Below, in pieces: positions 1 through 9,431 of a stretch of DNA of 64,000 nucleotides. Location: positions 64,001 through 128,000 of the forward strand of contig JAXGPF010000013.1 of the NCBI GenBank assembly GCA_040767085.1, written 5' to 3'. Position 1 is the first letter of the stretch. Each line of letters begins with the position of its first letter. The notes under the pieces are model-generated. The model did no database searches and was not told the DNA's origin. It saw nothing but the letters and a program-made list of their open reading frames with translations. Source of the stretch: Kiritimatiellia bacterium. GTDB taxonomy: Bacteria; Verrucomicrobiota; Kiritimatiellia; JAAZAB01. The translations under genes and the position numbers were made by a program.

Positions 1-885
1 GTCCAGGCCGCCGCGCGGCTGCGGCCGGCCCATGGCGGCCAGCATTTCAGGATGGCTGTGCTGGATGGGCAGGTCCAGGTAACGGCAGACCCGCGGCAGT
101 TCCCCCATGGCATCCAACAATCGTTCCGTGACGTGGGCGGGATGGCCGTACAGCAAGCGGATCCAGAACCGGCCGCCGATGGCATTCAGCGCGCGCAACA
201 GGCGCGGCAGGTCGTCGCCGCCGCTCAAGTCGCAGCCATAGGTTGTGATGTCCTGCGAGATCAGGTTCAATTCGCGCACGCCGCGCTGCAGCAGTTCCTC
301 CGCTTCCCGGACGATGGCGGCGACCGGCCGCGAGCGGTAGGCGCCGCGGATGGCGGGAATGGCGCAAAAAGCGCAGCGGTGGTTGCAGCCTTCGGCGACC
401 TTCAGGTAGGCATAAACCCCGGCGGTGAAGAGCGGGCGGCCGGGCGGCGGCTCGATCACTCTTTGGGCGTCTTGCGTGATGTGCCGGATGCCGCGTTCAC
501 CCGCGGCCAGCCGGCGCAGCGCCAGGCCGATTTCCGGAATGGCGTCCAGGCCGATAAAGGCGTCCACCTCCGGCAGTTCGCGCGCCAGTTCGTTGCGGTA
601 ACGCTGAGGCAGGCAGCCGCAAACCATGACGGCCCGACAGCGCCCGGCGGCTTTCCAGGCGCAGGCTTCCAGGATGGCGTCAATGGATTCCTCCTGCGCA
701 TCGCGGATAAAAGCGCAGGTATTGACCAGAACGATGTCCGCCTTCTCCGGCCGGGCGGCCAGGGCGAATCCGGCGGACTGGGCCTGGGAGGCGATGATTT
801 CCGAATCTACCAGGTTTTTGGCGCAACCCAGGCTGATCACCCCGATGGTGGATGGCGCGGCGGCTATGGCGGATGGCTTGGGCAT
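1..885 (-). CDS. rimO: Ribosomal protein S12 methylthiotransferase RimO (3' end runs off the window)
   Basis: Not in the ORF track. Manual minus-strand translation from ATG at 885 gives MPKPS..ISLGCAKNLVDSE..VNTCAFI..CGCLPQRY..YLKVAEGCNHRCAFCAIP..ISQD..LDLPIQH, i.e. a UPF0004 domain plus radical-SAM CxxxCxxC. Confidence 0.9.
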   Translation of the reverse strand, partial: MPKPSAIAAAPSTIGVISLGCAKNLVDSEIIASQAQSAGFALAARPEKADIVLVNTCAFIRDAQEESIDAILEACAWKAAGRCRAVMVCGCLPQRYRNELARELPEVDAFIGLDAIPEIGLALRRLAAGERGIRHITQDAQRVIEPPPGRPLFTAGVYAYLKVAEGCNHRCAFCAIPAIRGAYRSRPVAAIVREAEELLQRGVRELNLISQDITTYGCDLSGGDDLPRLLRALNAIGGRFWIRLLYGHPAHVTERLLDAMGELPRVCRYLDLPIQHSHPEMLAAMGRPQPRGGLD

Positions 886-892
886 GATCCGT

Positions 893-970
893 GGTTCAGC
901 GGTGCAAGGTTCAAGGGTTAGGGAGGTTCAGCGGTTCAACGGTTAGGAGGTTCACGGTTCAACGGTTCGC
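893..970. repeat. Degenerate tandem 7-9-nt repeat (GGTTCARC-like, ~10 units)
   Basis: ggttcagc ggtgcaa ggttcaag ggttaggga ggttcagc ggttcaac ggttagga ggttcac ggttcaac ggttcgc. Confidence 0.75.
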
Positions 971-1009
971 GGCCCCAGGCAAATCTTCCAGTGTGCCGGG
1001 ACGCGGATT

Positions 1010-1813
1010 TCAGGAATCCGTAGCCGGCGCGGGCGCTGGCTCGAGCGTGATCGCCGGGCCGGACTCGGCCGCCGGGCCGGGCTCGGCCGCCGGGCCGGGA
1101 GCGGGCGGCACGTTCAGGGTAATTGCTGGAACGGGCACATCCGCCACCGGCGCGGCTTGCGCGGTGCGTTCGGCGCGCTGGAGCATAATCAGTGCCAATT
1201 CGGCCTGAGTATTCCAGGCGCTGTCCTGGTTTTCCAGGATGAAATTTTCATACAACGCACGCGCGCCGGCGAAGTCGCCCTGGCGCTCCAGGCAGCGGGC
1301 TTTGCCAAACAGGGCCTGCGGCGCGAGGTAATGTCCGGAATGCGCGGCCACCAGGCGCTCGAAATCGGCCAGGGCCTCCGCGGTTTCGCCGCGGGCTTCG
1401 CGGCACAGGGCCAGGCCTAATTCCGCGGCCAAGGCCATGTTGTGCCGCGGGTAGCGCGTTTGAAATTGCCGGTATGTTGTCACCGCGTCATCATAGGCGC
1501 CGTTGTGGTATTGCGCGTTCGCCAGCGCCAGCAAGGCCAGAGGCGCCGCCGGGGTACGCGGGTGCCGTTGGATGATTTCCTCCCATTGCGCCGGCGCGCG
1601 GGCGACGGACAGCATCTGCAAGGCCTGATCGGCGGATTGCCGGGCGTGCCAAGTCCAGACCAGCGCACTGGCGCATACAATGGCAATTGCGGCCAGGACG
1701 GCCAGCAAGAGATTTTGATGCTGGCGGGCCAGCCGGAGCCATGGCGGAGGCGTACGCGGCGAGCCGGCGGCTGGTGCGGCGGCGGTTTGCATAGCGGCGG
1801 GATCTGACGTCAT
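1010..1813 (-). CDS. Membrane-anchored TPR protein (YfgM/CpoB-like)
   Basis: Single N-terminal TM, TPR-like helices (ALANAQY..GAYDDAV..Y; ALFGKARCLE..GDFAGA), Pro/Ala-rich tail. Confidence 0.75.
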   Translation of the reverse strand: MTSDPAAMQTAAAPAAGSPRTPPPWLRLARQHQNLLLAVLAAIAIVCASALVWTWHARQSADQALQMLSVARAPAQWEEIIQRHPRTPAAPLALLALANAQYHNGAYDDAVTTYRQFQTRYPRHNMALAAELGLALCREARGETAEALADFERLVAAHSGHYLAPQALFGKARCLERQGDFAGARALYENFILENQDSAWNTQAELALIMLQRAERTAQAAPVADVPVPAITLNVPPAPGPAAEPGPAAESGPAITLEPAPAPATDS

Positions 1814-1931
1814 GGGCGACCTTTCCGGCCCGGCTGGCCAAAATTCCGATAATTGCGCAAAACCAAATAATATTTTACATTTGCCCGGTCTTCAAGTAAA
1901 TTGTGCCGTCAATTTTTTTCAGGAGCGCAGT

Positions 1932-3194
1932 ATGTTTTATCGAATTGCGGCACGTCGGATATTCCGGATCGCGTTTATGCTGGCCTGCCTGGCGGCCGGC
2001 GCGGCTATGGCGCAGCATAATTACCAGAATTACCTGGTGGGCGACCGCGCCTCCGGCATGGGCGGCGCGGTGGTGGCCAGCGCGGACTCCGTGGACGCCT
2101 GTTACTACAATCCGGCCGGCCTGACGCGCCTGGAGGGCAACACCATTTCCCTTTCCGGCAGCCTTTACGGACGCCAATCCTACCGGGCGGAAGACGCGTT
2201 GTACGCGGGGGAAGACTTCAAATACGACTCCTTCGTGACCATCCCGACCACCGTCGGCGGATTGTGGAAAATCTCCGACCGCAACGCGCTGGCGTTTGCG
2301 GTGTTCATGCCCGACCGCATGTCCAGCAGCGAAATGTCCGCCTTCTCCGAAAACATGCATATTTACAACTACAATTCCGAGGACCAGACGCTCTGGCTCG
2401 GGCCGTCCGCCGGCTGGGCGGTCAACCCGGAATTCTCCATCGGCGCCGGGGTATTTGCCGTGTACCGCTCCAACAATGAATACCTGAGTATTCTATATCG
2501 CGACGAAGAAGCCGGCTATGCCCGCGGGCAGAGTTTCAAGGATTGGGGCGTGCTGGCGAACTTCGGTATGCAATACCAGGCCATGGAAAAACTGCGGCTG
2601 GGCGCAACGATCCAAACGCCATCCCTGCATGTGTGGGGCGAGGGTTCCTACCAGGAAAACCTGGTCACGTCGGTGGAGACGGAAAACATATACGCGGAAA
2701 ACATGGACACCGACAATCGCGTGCCGGCGCAGATCAGCGTGGGCGCCGCCTGGTCCGAACCGCGGGTGTACACCCTGGAATTGGACGTGTCATATTATTT
2801 CAGCCAGGATTACGATTTGCTCGCCTGGGGCGACGGCGCAGAGCGCCTGGAATTGAAGGTCAGCCACGACGATGTGATCAATGTCAACGCGGGGGTGGAA
2901 TATTATTACCGGGAAATCTACCCGCTGCGCGCCGGATTCTTTACGGATTTTTCAGCCTCGCCGGGCGTGGACTCCGAGGATCAGAACACGTCGCCGCGCC
3001 TGGATGCTTACGGCATTTCCGCCAGCGTGGGTAAAAAGCTGGAGCATATTTCGCTGAACCTCGGCGTGATCTACGTCTTCGGCAGCGGGCGCAGCCTGGG
3101 CTGGCGCGACCTGGGCGAGGGCATGAACCTGGCGCCCACCACCGCCCGCGTGAACAACGTTTACCTGGTGGTCAACACTTCCTACATGTTTTGA
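1932..3194 (+). CDS. Outer-membrane beta-barrel, OmpP1/FadL family
   Basis: AGGAG RBS at 1921; signal peptide; GDRASGMGGA..YYNPAGL motif; C-terminal YMF. Confidence 0.8.
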   Translation: MFYRIAARRIFRIAFMLACLAAGAAMAQHNYQNYLVGDRASGMGGAVVASADSVDACYYNPAGLTRLEGNTISLSGSLYGRQSYRAEDALYAGEDFKYDSFVTIPTTVGGLWKISDRNALAFAVFMPDRMSSSEMSAFSENMHIYNYNSEDQTLWLGPSAGWAVNPEFSIGAGVFAVYRSNNEYLSILYRDEEAGYARGQSFKDWGVLANFGMQYQAMEKLRLGATIQTPSLHVWGEGSYQENLVTSVETENIYAENMDTDNRVPAQISVGAAWSEPRVYTLELDVSYYFSQDYDLLAWGDGAERLELKVSHDDVINVNAGVEYYYREIYPLRAGFFTDFSASPGVDSEDQNTSPRLDAYGISASVGKKLEHISLNLGVIYVFGSGRSLGWRDLGEGMNLAPTTARVNNVYLVVNTSYMF

Positions 3195-3491
3195 AAGCCC
3201 GCCCCAGCCAAGGCGCAATCACTGTCAGCTCTGGCGGATTTCAAGGCGGTTCACGGGCATATTGAAACCATTCTGCCCCGGTTGATCCGTCCGCCCGGTC
3301 CGCATCTGCCTTTCCCCTGGCTGACCCTTCGCATGGGGACGGCTACGCCAATACCATGTATTACAGTGATGCGCACCACATGGCCCTGCGCCTGGCATAC
3401 GATCAAATATCATGCCCCGGGAGTTGGCGGGGCGCCGGCCGGGCGGCGGGCGTACTTTCGTCTGATCCTGGCCGCCGTACTGCGGCGGCAT

Positions 3492-4676
3492 TCAGAGCAG
3501 GCGCGCGCCGGCGGAAGGCTTGATTGCCCGGACCGGGCAGGGGCGTTGGAACCGGTTCTGAAAGGAATTTTGCAGCGTCGCCGTGATTTCCGGCGCCGCG
3601 TCCGGCGGCGCCGTGACCACCACGCTGCCGCCAAAGCCGCCGCCGGACAGGCGCGCGCCGATGACTTCCGGCAGTTGCCGGGCTTGTTCCACCAGGTGAT
3701 CCAGTTCCGGACAGGAATTCTCGAAATTATCCCGCGAGCTTTGATGGGAGGCGAACATCAATTGCCCGAAGTCCGCCAGGGCGCCCCGCTCCAGGGCCGC
3801 GATGGCTGCCTGCACCCGCTGGTTTTCTTCAAACACGTGCCGGGCCCGCCGCGCGGCGGCGGCGTCCATAAGCGGCGCCAGGCGTTCGAATTCCGCGGGC
3901 GTGACGTCGCGCAGGTTTTTGATGGGACGCCCCAGCGCGCCGGCGCAGAAACGCGCGGCCGCCTCGCATTGATGCCGGCGGTCATTGTAGGCGGACTCCG
4001 CCAGCGCATGGCGCACCCCGGTGTCGGCGATCAGGCAGACCACGGCGCCGGGCAGGGGGATGGACCGGGCGGCCAGTGTCTGGAAATCAATCGCCGCGAG
4101 CGCGTTGACCGCGCCAAAAAGCGAGGAAAGCTGGTCCAGCAGGCCGCAGCGCGCGCCGGCGAATTCGTTTTCCGCCCGCTGGCAGAGCCGGGCCAGGTCC
4201 AGCGGCGGTATTTTTTCATCCGTCAGCGCGGCCAGGGCCAGGGCGGATGCTACCGCCAGGGCCGCCGAACTGGAAAGCCCGGCGCCGCGGGGAATGTCGC
4301 CGCTGAAGCTGATATCGAAACCGCCCTGAGCGCCGACGCCCGCCGGCAGGCCGTGGGCGACGCCCGCGATGTACCTGGCCCAATGCGGCAGCGGGTTGCC
4401 GGCAGGGTCCGTTTGGCCCGGGCCGGCTGCGGGCAGGGCCAATTCCGCCGTCTCGTCCAGGTCCATGGCCAGAAAATTAGCACGCGGGGCCGGCTGACGG
4501 CTGACGGCCGCGCAGATGCCGGCGTCAATGGCGGCGGCCAGCGCCAGGCCGCCATTGTAATCGGTGTGATTGCCCAGGATTTCCACCCGCCCGGGCGCGT
4601 AGGCCATGCATTGCGGCGGCCGTCCGAAATGAGCGGAATGTTGCCGGCAGACCGCATCTGGCAGACGCGGATTCAT
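3492..4676 (-). CDS. galK: Galactokinase
   Basis: APGRVEILGNHTDYNGG, PRGAGLSSSAA, CGLLDQ, GARLSGGGFGG motifs; start overlaps the upstream stop (ATGA). Confidence 0.9.
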   Translation of the reverse strand: MNPRLPDAVCRQHSAHFGRPPQCMAYAPGRVEILGNHTDYNGGLALAAAIDAGICAAVSRQPAPRANFLAMDLDETAELALPAAGPGQTDPAGNPLPHWARYIAGVAHGLPAGVGAQGGFDISFSGDIPRGAGLSSSAALAVASALALAALTDEKIPPLDLARLCQRAENEFAGARCGLLDQLSSLFGAVNALAAIDFQTLAARSIPLPGAVVCLIADTGVRHALAESAYNDRRHQCEAAARFCAGALGRPIKNLRDVTPAEFERLAPLMDAAAARRARHVFEENQRVQAAIAALERGALADFGQLMFASHQSSRDNFENSCPELDHLVEQARQLPEVIGARLSGGGFGGSVVVTAPPDAAPEITATLQNSFQNRFQRPCPVRAIKPSAGARLL

Positions 4677-5995
4677 GGGGCGCGGATTTCCCGGAGCAGG
4701 GCGTCGGTGTGTTGCCGCAGCAATTCCGGCGTCCGCGCTTCCAGGTTCAGGCGGATCAAGGGTTCCGTGTTCGAAGGCCGGACATTGAACCACCAATCGG
4801 GGAAAACGACGCTCAAGCCGTCCAGCTCCAGGATTTCACCCTGCGCGTATTTTTCCTTCAGGCGCCGGAGCACTTTGGCCGTATCGCGCACTTCGGAGTT
4901 GATCTCGTCGCTTTTGGCATAACGCTGCAGCGGCTTGATCAGTTGCGAAAGCGGCCGGCCGGACTGGCTGACCAGGTTGGCCACCGCCAGCACCGCCAGC
5001 GCGGCGCTTTCGGTGTAGAAATTGTCGCGGAAATAATAATGCCCCGAAAGTTCGCCGGCGAACACCGCCTGGAGTTCCCGCATTTGCTGCTTGATGAACG
5101 CATGGCCCACGCGGCACATGTGGGGTTTCCCGCCGTTTTCCGTGATGGCTTCCTTGACCGCCCAACTGCTGCGCAGGTCGTAAAGGATGTTCGAACCCGG
5201 CGCGCGCTTGAGCATGATGGTCGCGATCAAAGCGGAGAGCAGGTCCATGGGCACGATGGCGCCCCGTTCGTCCACGAAGCCGACGCGGTCGGCGTCGCCG
5301 TCGAAAGCCACGCCGAAATCGTACCGCCCGCCGCGGATCAGTTTTTGCAGGTCGGCCAGGGTCTCCGTCTTCAGGGGATTGGCCTCATGGTGGGGGAAAG
5401 TCCCGTCGAAAGTGTCGTAAAGCGGTGTGATGTCCAGCAACCCCGCCAGGGCGCGGGCTTCCATGATGCCCATGGCGTTGGCGTAATCCACGGCGATCCG
5501 GACCGGCTGCTGGAGCGCGGCGAATTTCCGGACATGCGCGGCGTAGGCCGCTTGCACATCGTGGCGGGTCACGGCGCCGGGGCGGGCCGCCGGCTGGAAC
5601 CGGCCCGCGCGCGCCAGTTGTTCGATGTCCGCGATACCCGTCTGGCCGCTGATGGGCACCGCCTGGCGCCGGCTGAGCTTGAAGCCGTTCCACTCGCCGG
5701 GATTGTGGGAGGCGGTGATCATAATCCCGGCGTCGGCTCCCAGGCTGCCATTGCCGTAATACGACATTGGCGTGGAGCAAAGGCCCAAGTCAATGACATC
5801 CGCGCCTTGCCGCGTAATCCCGCGCGCCAGGGCGTCAAACAGCGGCTGCGAATGCGGGCGCATGTCGCGGCCGACCACCACCTTGCGGCATTGCAGGAAG
5901 CTCACGAATGCCCGGCCGACCTGCTCGGCCATGGCTTCGTCCAGGTCCCGGCCGTAAACGCCGCGGATGTCGTAAGCTTTGAATATCCCGCTCAT
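4673..5995 (-). CDS. Phosphomannomutase/phosphoglucomutase
   Basis: IFKAYDIRG, TASHNP, FDGDADR, GELSGH, RPSNTEP motifs. Confidence 0.93.
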   Translation of the reverse strand: MSGIFKAYDIRGVYGRDLDEAMAEQVGRAFVSFLQCRKVVVGRDMRPHSQPLFDALARGITRQGADVIDLGLCSTPMSYYGNGSLGADAGIMITASHNPGEWNGFKLSRRQAVPISGQTGIADIEQLARAGRFQPAARPGAVTRHDVQAAYAAHVRKFAALQQPVRIAVDYANAMGIMEARALAGLLDITPLYDTFDGTFPHHEANPLKTETLADLQKLIRGGRYDFGVAFDGDADRVGFVDERGAIVPMDLLSALIATIMLKRAPGSNILYDLRSSWAVKEAITENGGKPHMCRVGHAFIKQQMRELQAVFAGELSGHYYFRDNFYTESAALAVLAVANLVSQSGRPLSQLIKPLQRYAKSDEINSEVRDTAKVLRRLKEKYAQGEILELDGLSVVFPDWWFNVRPSNTEPLIRLNLEARTPELLRQHTDALLREIRAP

Positions 5996-6007
5996 TATGA
6001 CAGCAGC

Positions 6008-6364
6008 TCAGGCCTGCGCGGCCTTGGCCTGTTCCACGATCCTGGCAAAACCCGCTTCGTCGTGGATAGCGATTTCCGCCAGCATCTTGCGGTTCAGGCG
6101 GATATCGGCCTTGCGCAGGCCTTCGATCAGCCGGCTGTAGGAAATGCCGCAAAGCTTGCATGCGGCATTGACGCGGATGATCCAGAGGCCGCGGTAATCG
6201 CGCTTGCGTTCCTTGCGGTGGATGGTGGCCAGTTGCATGGCGCGGTCCACTGCCTCGGTGGCTTTGCGGAACAGGCGGTGGCGGGCGCCGTAAAATCCGC
6301 TGGCCCTGGATAAAACCCGTTTGCGGCGGCGCCGGGATGCCGGCGCATTAGTTGCTCTTGGCAT
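6008..6364 (-). CDS. rplT: 50S ribosomal protein L20
   Basis: MPRAT..GFYGAR..RKRDYRGLWIIRVNAA..SYSRLI..LNRKMLAEIA. Confidence 0.97.
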   Translation of the reverse strand: MPRATNAPASRRRRKRVLSRASGFYGARHRLFRKATEAVDRAMQLATIHRKERKRDYRGLWIIRVNAACKLCGISYSRLIEGLRKADIRLNRKMLAEIAIHDEAGFARIVEQAKAAQA

Positions 6365-6419
6365 GGATATCTCCCTGTTTAGACGGTCAACTTGATGTTA
6401 AATGCTGGCCGGCAAGGCA

Positions 6420-6608
6420 TTAAATCAGCTTGCCGAGGCGCTTGGTTTCCACGGACGCGAGCACCTTGTTTTGGCGCATTTTCCGTTTGCGCTTGCTGGT
6501 CTTGGATGACAACAGGTGGCTGCGCGCGGCGCCGGTGTGTTTCAATTTGCCCGTAGCTGTTTTGCGAAACCGCTTGGCCACGGATTTCTTGGTTTTCATT
6601 TTCGGCAT
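6420..6608 (-). CDS. rpmI: 50S ribosomal protein L35
   Basis: MPKMKTKKSVAKRFRKTATGKLK..HLLSSK; GAGGAG RBS. Confidence 0.97.
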   Translation of the reverse strand: MPKMKTKKSVAKRFRKTATGKLKHTGAARSHLLSSKTSKRKRKMRQNKVLASVETKRLGKLI

Positions 6609-6675
6609 AATTTATGCTCCTCGTTGATGTCGGTTTGCCGGCCGGCGGCGGTCTGCCGACAGCAAACAATTGATT

Positions 6676-6704
6676 CTTATATCCATTTACAGCGCCGATG
6701 TCAA
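6676..6704 (-). promoter_or_regulatory. Putative sigma70 promoter for rpmI-rplT
   Basis: TTGACA-17 bp-TATAAG on the minus strand. Confidence 0.55.
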
Positions 6705-6809
6705 CGCTTGTTTGTGGAATATGTTGTTTGTGGAATATGATTGCATAATAGATGGCAAAGCTTATTCTGAGTCCGGTGATTGACAGGCATAATTTTCAAA
6801 GGCAAGACA

Positions 6810-8042
6810 ATGCATGAACTGAAACTGGCGCTGCAGACCAGCCATGCCGACGGGCGTTACCACCGCGGCGAGCCGATAATTTTTCATCCGGAACTGTCGG
6901 ATGGCGGGATGGTCCAGCGCGCCGGGATCGTGGATTACAAGATTTTTCATGACGATGATACCCCGGCAGCTTCCGGCAGCGTGGATTTGGCGGACGGGCC
7001 GCCGGCCATTACCGCGGCGCTGAACGAGCCGGGATTTGTCCAATGCCAGGCGGTCTTGCGGCAGCCGCCGGATGCCGCGCCGGTCTGCGCCGCCCTGGGC
7101 GCCGCCGTGGAGCCGGAAGCCATCCGCCCGGCGCGGGAGCGTCCGGACGATTTTGACGCGTTCTGGCAGGCGCGCCTGGCGGAATTGGCGAAGGTGCCGG
7201 CGGAAGCCAGCCTCCAGGCGATTGCCTGCGATTATCTCATGTTTTACGACATCCGGGTTAAATGCGCCGGCGCGCCGGTGGCCGGATATTACGCCAAGCC
7301 TTGCGCGCCGGAGGGCAAACTGCCGGCATTCATCCATTTTCAGGGCGCGGGGGTCAAGTCGGCGTATCCGGATGTGCCATTGATCTGGGCGTCACGCGGT
7401 TGCCTGGCGCTCTGCATCAATGCGCATGGTTTGCCGAACGGGCAGCCGGCGGAGTTTTACCAGGACCTGGCGGTGGGCGCGCTGGCGGATTACCGGGTCC
7501 ATGGGCTGGAAGATCCGCGCGCATATTACATGCTGGGCATGTTCCTGCGCGTCAAGCGCGCCATAGATTTCATGACTGCCCAGCCGGAATGGGACGGGCG
7601 GCACCTGGTGCTGCACGGTCACAGCCAAGGCGCTTTCCAGGCGATTGCCGGCGCCTACCTGGACGCGCGCGCGACGGCGCTGGCCGCCGGCGTGCCGGCC
7701 GGCAGCGGCTTGCACGGCTCCGCCGGCGGGCATGGCGCGGGCTGGCCCAAGATAGCCGCCGCCGCCAACGCACCGGGGCGCGACCGGGGCAAAATCATGG
7801 CCGCGGCGTCTTATTTCGACAATGCCAATTTCCTGGCGGGAGTGAATTGTCCGGCGATTTTCAGCGTCGGCTGGATTGACGGAACCTGCCGGCCGGCGGG
7901 GATTTACGCCGCCATCAACAATTTCAAGGGCCCCAAGACCATACTGGACCGGCCCGCCATGACCCACAGCGCGCCGGCCGACATCCGCGCGGAGTTCGCG
8001 GCATTCACGGCCGCGCATTTGGAACTTAAGCCGGGGCTGTGA
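6810..8042 (+). CDS. Acetyl xylan esterase / cephalosporin-C deacetylase (CE7-like)
   Basis: RPDDFDAFW, NAHG, GHSQGA nucleophile elbow, GWIDGTC, catalytic H near the C-terminus. Confidence 0.8.
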   Translation: MHELKLALQTSHADGRYHRGEPIIFHPELSDGGMVQRAGIVDYKIFHDDDTPAASGSVDLADGPPAITAALNEPGFVQCQAVLRQPPDAAPVCAALGAAVEPEAIRPARERPDDFDAFWQARLAELAKVPAEASLQAIACDYLMFYDIRVKCAGAPVAGYYAKPCAPEGKLPAFIHFQGAGVKSAYPDVPLIWASRGCLALCINAHGLPNGQPAEFYQDLAVGALADYRVHGLEDPRAYYMLGMFLRVKRAIDFMTAQPEWDGRHLVLHGHSQGAFQAIAGAYLDARATALAAGVPAGSGLHGSAGGHGAGWPKIAAAANAPGRDRGKIMAAASYFDNANFLAGVNCPAIFSVGWIDGTCRPAGIYAAINNFKGPKTILDRPAMTHSAPADIRAEFAAFTAAHLELKPGL

Positions 8043-8043
8043 A

Positions 8044-9210
8044 TTACAGCTTGCCGCTGGCGGCTTCCTTGATCAGGTTCAGTCCGATGACTTCCCGCTG
8101 GATCTGGTTGGTGCCTTCGTAAATCTGGGTGATCTTGGCGTCGCGCATCATTTTCTCGACGGGGTATTCCTTCATGTAGCCATACCCGCCCAGAATCTGC
8201 ACGGCATCGGTGGTGACGCGCATGGCGGTGTCGGAGGCGAACAGCTTGCACATGGCGGAGATTTTGCTGACATCCTTGGCGCCGGCGTCAATAAACCGGG
8301 CCGCCTGGTAAACCAGGGCCCGCGCGGCTTCCACCTGAGTAGCCATATCGGCGAGCATGAATTGCACGCCCTGGAACGAGCAGATTGGCTTGCCGAACTG
8401 GCGGCGCTGGCGGCTGTATTGCACGGCTTCTTCCAGCGCGCCGGCGGCGATGCCCAGGGCCTGGGCCGCTACGCCGGGGCGGGACATGTCGAAGGTTTTC
8501 ATGGCGACGAGGAAGCCCATGCCTTCCCGGGCGAGCAGGTTTTCCGCCGGCACGCGGCAATCCTGGAAGACCAGTTCGCGGGTGGCCGAGGCGCGGATGC
8601 CCATCTTGTTTTCCTTTTTGCCGAAGGTGAAGCCCGGGGTGCCCTTTTCCACGATGAAGGCGCTGGCGCCGCGCGCGCCCTTGGCCTTATTGGTCTTGGC
8701 GACGACGGTGTAAATCTCGGCCTCGCCGCCGTTGGTGATCCATTGCTTGGTGCCGTTCAGCACGTAAAAATCGCCGTCGCGCACGGCGGTGGTGGCGATG
8801 GCGCCGGCGTCGCTGCCGGCATTGGCCTCGGTCAGGCCGAAGGCGCCCAGCGCCTCGCCCTTGGTAATCCGCGGAAGGTACTTGGATTTCTGCTGCTCAT
8901 TGCCGAACAGCACGATGGGGAAAATGCCCAGGGCGGTGGCGGCCAGGCTCAGGGCGATCCCGCTGCAGACCTTGGACAATTCCTCCACGCAGACGGTCAA
9001 GTCCATGACGCCGCCGCCCATGCCGCCGTATTTTTCCTCGATGTAAAGCCCGCACAAGTCGGCTTGCGCGAAGATCTTGAGCATTTCCTTGGGAAATTCG
9101 TTGGCTTCGTCGAAATGTTCGCGGATCGGCTTGATTTTCTCGATGGCCACTTGGCGGCAGACGTCCTTGATCATTTGCTGCTGTTCAGTTAATCCGTAAT
9201 CCATGGCCAT
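8044..9210 (-). CDS. Acyl-CoA dehydrogenase (butyryl-CoA dehydrogenase-like)
   Basis: FGLTEANAGSD, LNGTKQWITNG, KMGIRAS, RRQFGKPI, QILGGYGY, IYEGTNQIQR; the start may be 9204. Confidence 0.93.
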   Translation of the reverse strand: MAMDYGLTEQQQMIKDVCRQVAIEKIKPIREHFDEANEFPKEMLKIFAQADLCGLYIEEKYGGMGGGVMDLTVCVEELSKVCSGIALSLAATALGIFPIVLFGNEQQKSKYLPRITKGEALGAFGLTEANAGSDAGAIATTAVRDGDFYVLNGTKQWITNGGEAEIYTVVAKTNKAKGARGASAFIVEKGTPGFTFGKKENKMGIRASATRELVFQDCRVPAENLLAREGMGFLVAMKTFDMSRPGVAAQALGIAAGALEEAVQYSRQRRQFGKPICSFQGVQFMLADMATQVEAARALVYQAARFIDAGAKDVSKISAMCKLFASDTAMRVTTDAVQILGGYGYMKEYPVEKMMRDAKITQIYEGTNQIQREVIGLNLIKEAASGKL

Positions 9211-9431
9211 CTCCTGTATTGGTTGCCTTTCCGCTCATCCCTGCCGGCAAACCATCCCTGCCGGGCGGGTCGGTTTGTTTTTTTACCCGCATTGAAGCCA
9301 GTATTGTATGTTTTTGGCCGACGATGTCAAACCCGGATTCGGGACGATGTTTTTTTTTGGTTATGCATTGATGTTTTTTACGGGGGGAGTAGAATAGAGT
9401 GTTGAATTTTTGTTGCCGATGGAAATCAGTC

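Noticed and set aside
52-921. 289-aa plus-strand ORF
   Set aside because: Antisense shadow of rimO; no recognisable motifs
3195-3491. 88-aa ORF or ncRNA in the gap between the FadL-like gene and galK
   Set aside because: No recognisable protein motif or RNA family; cannot be supported
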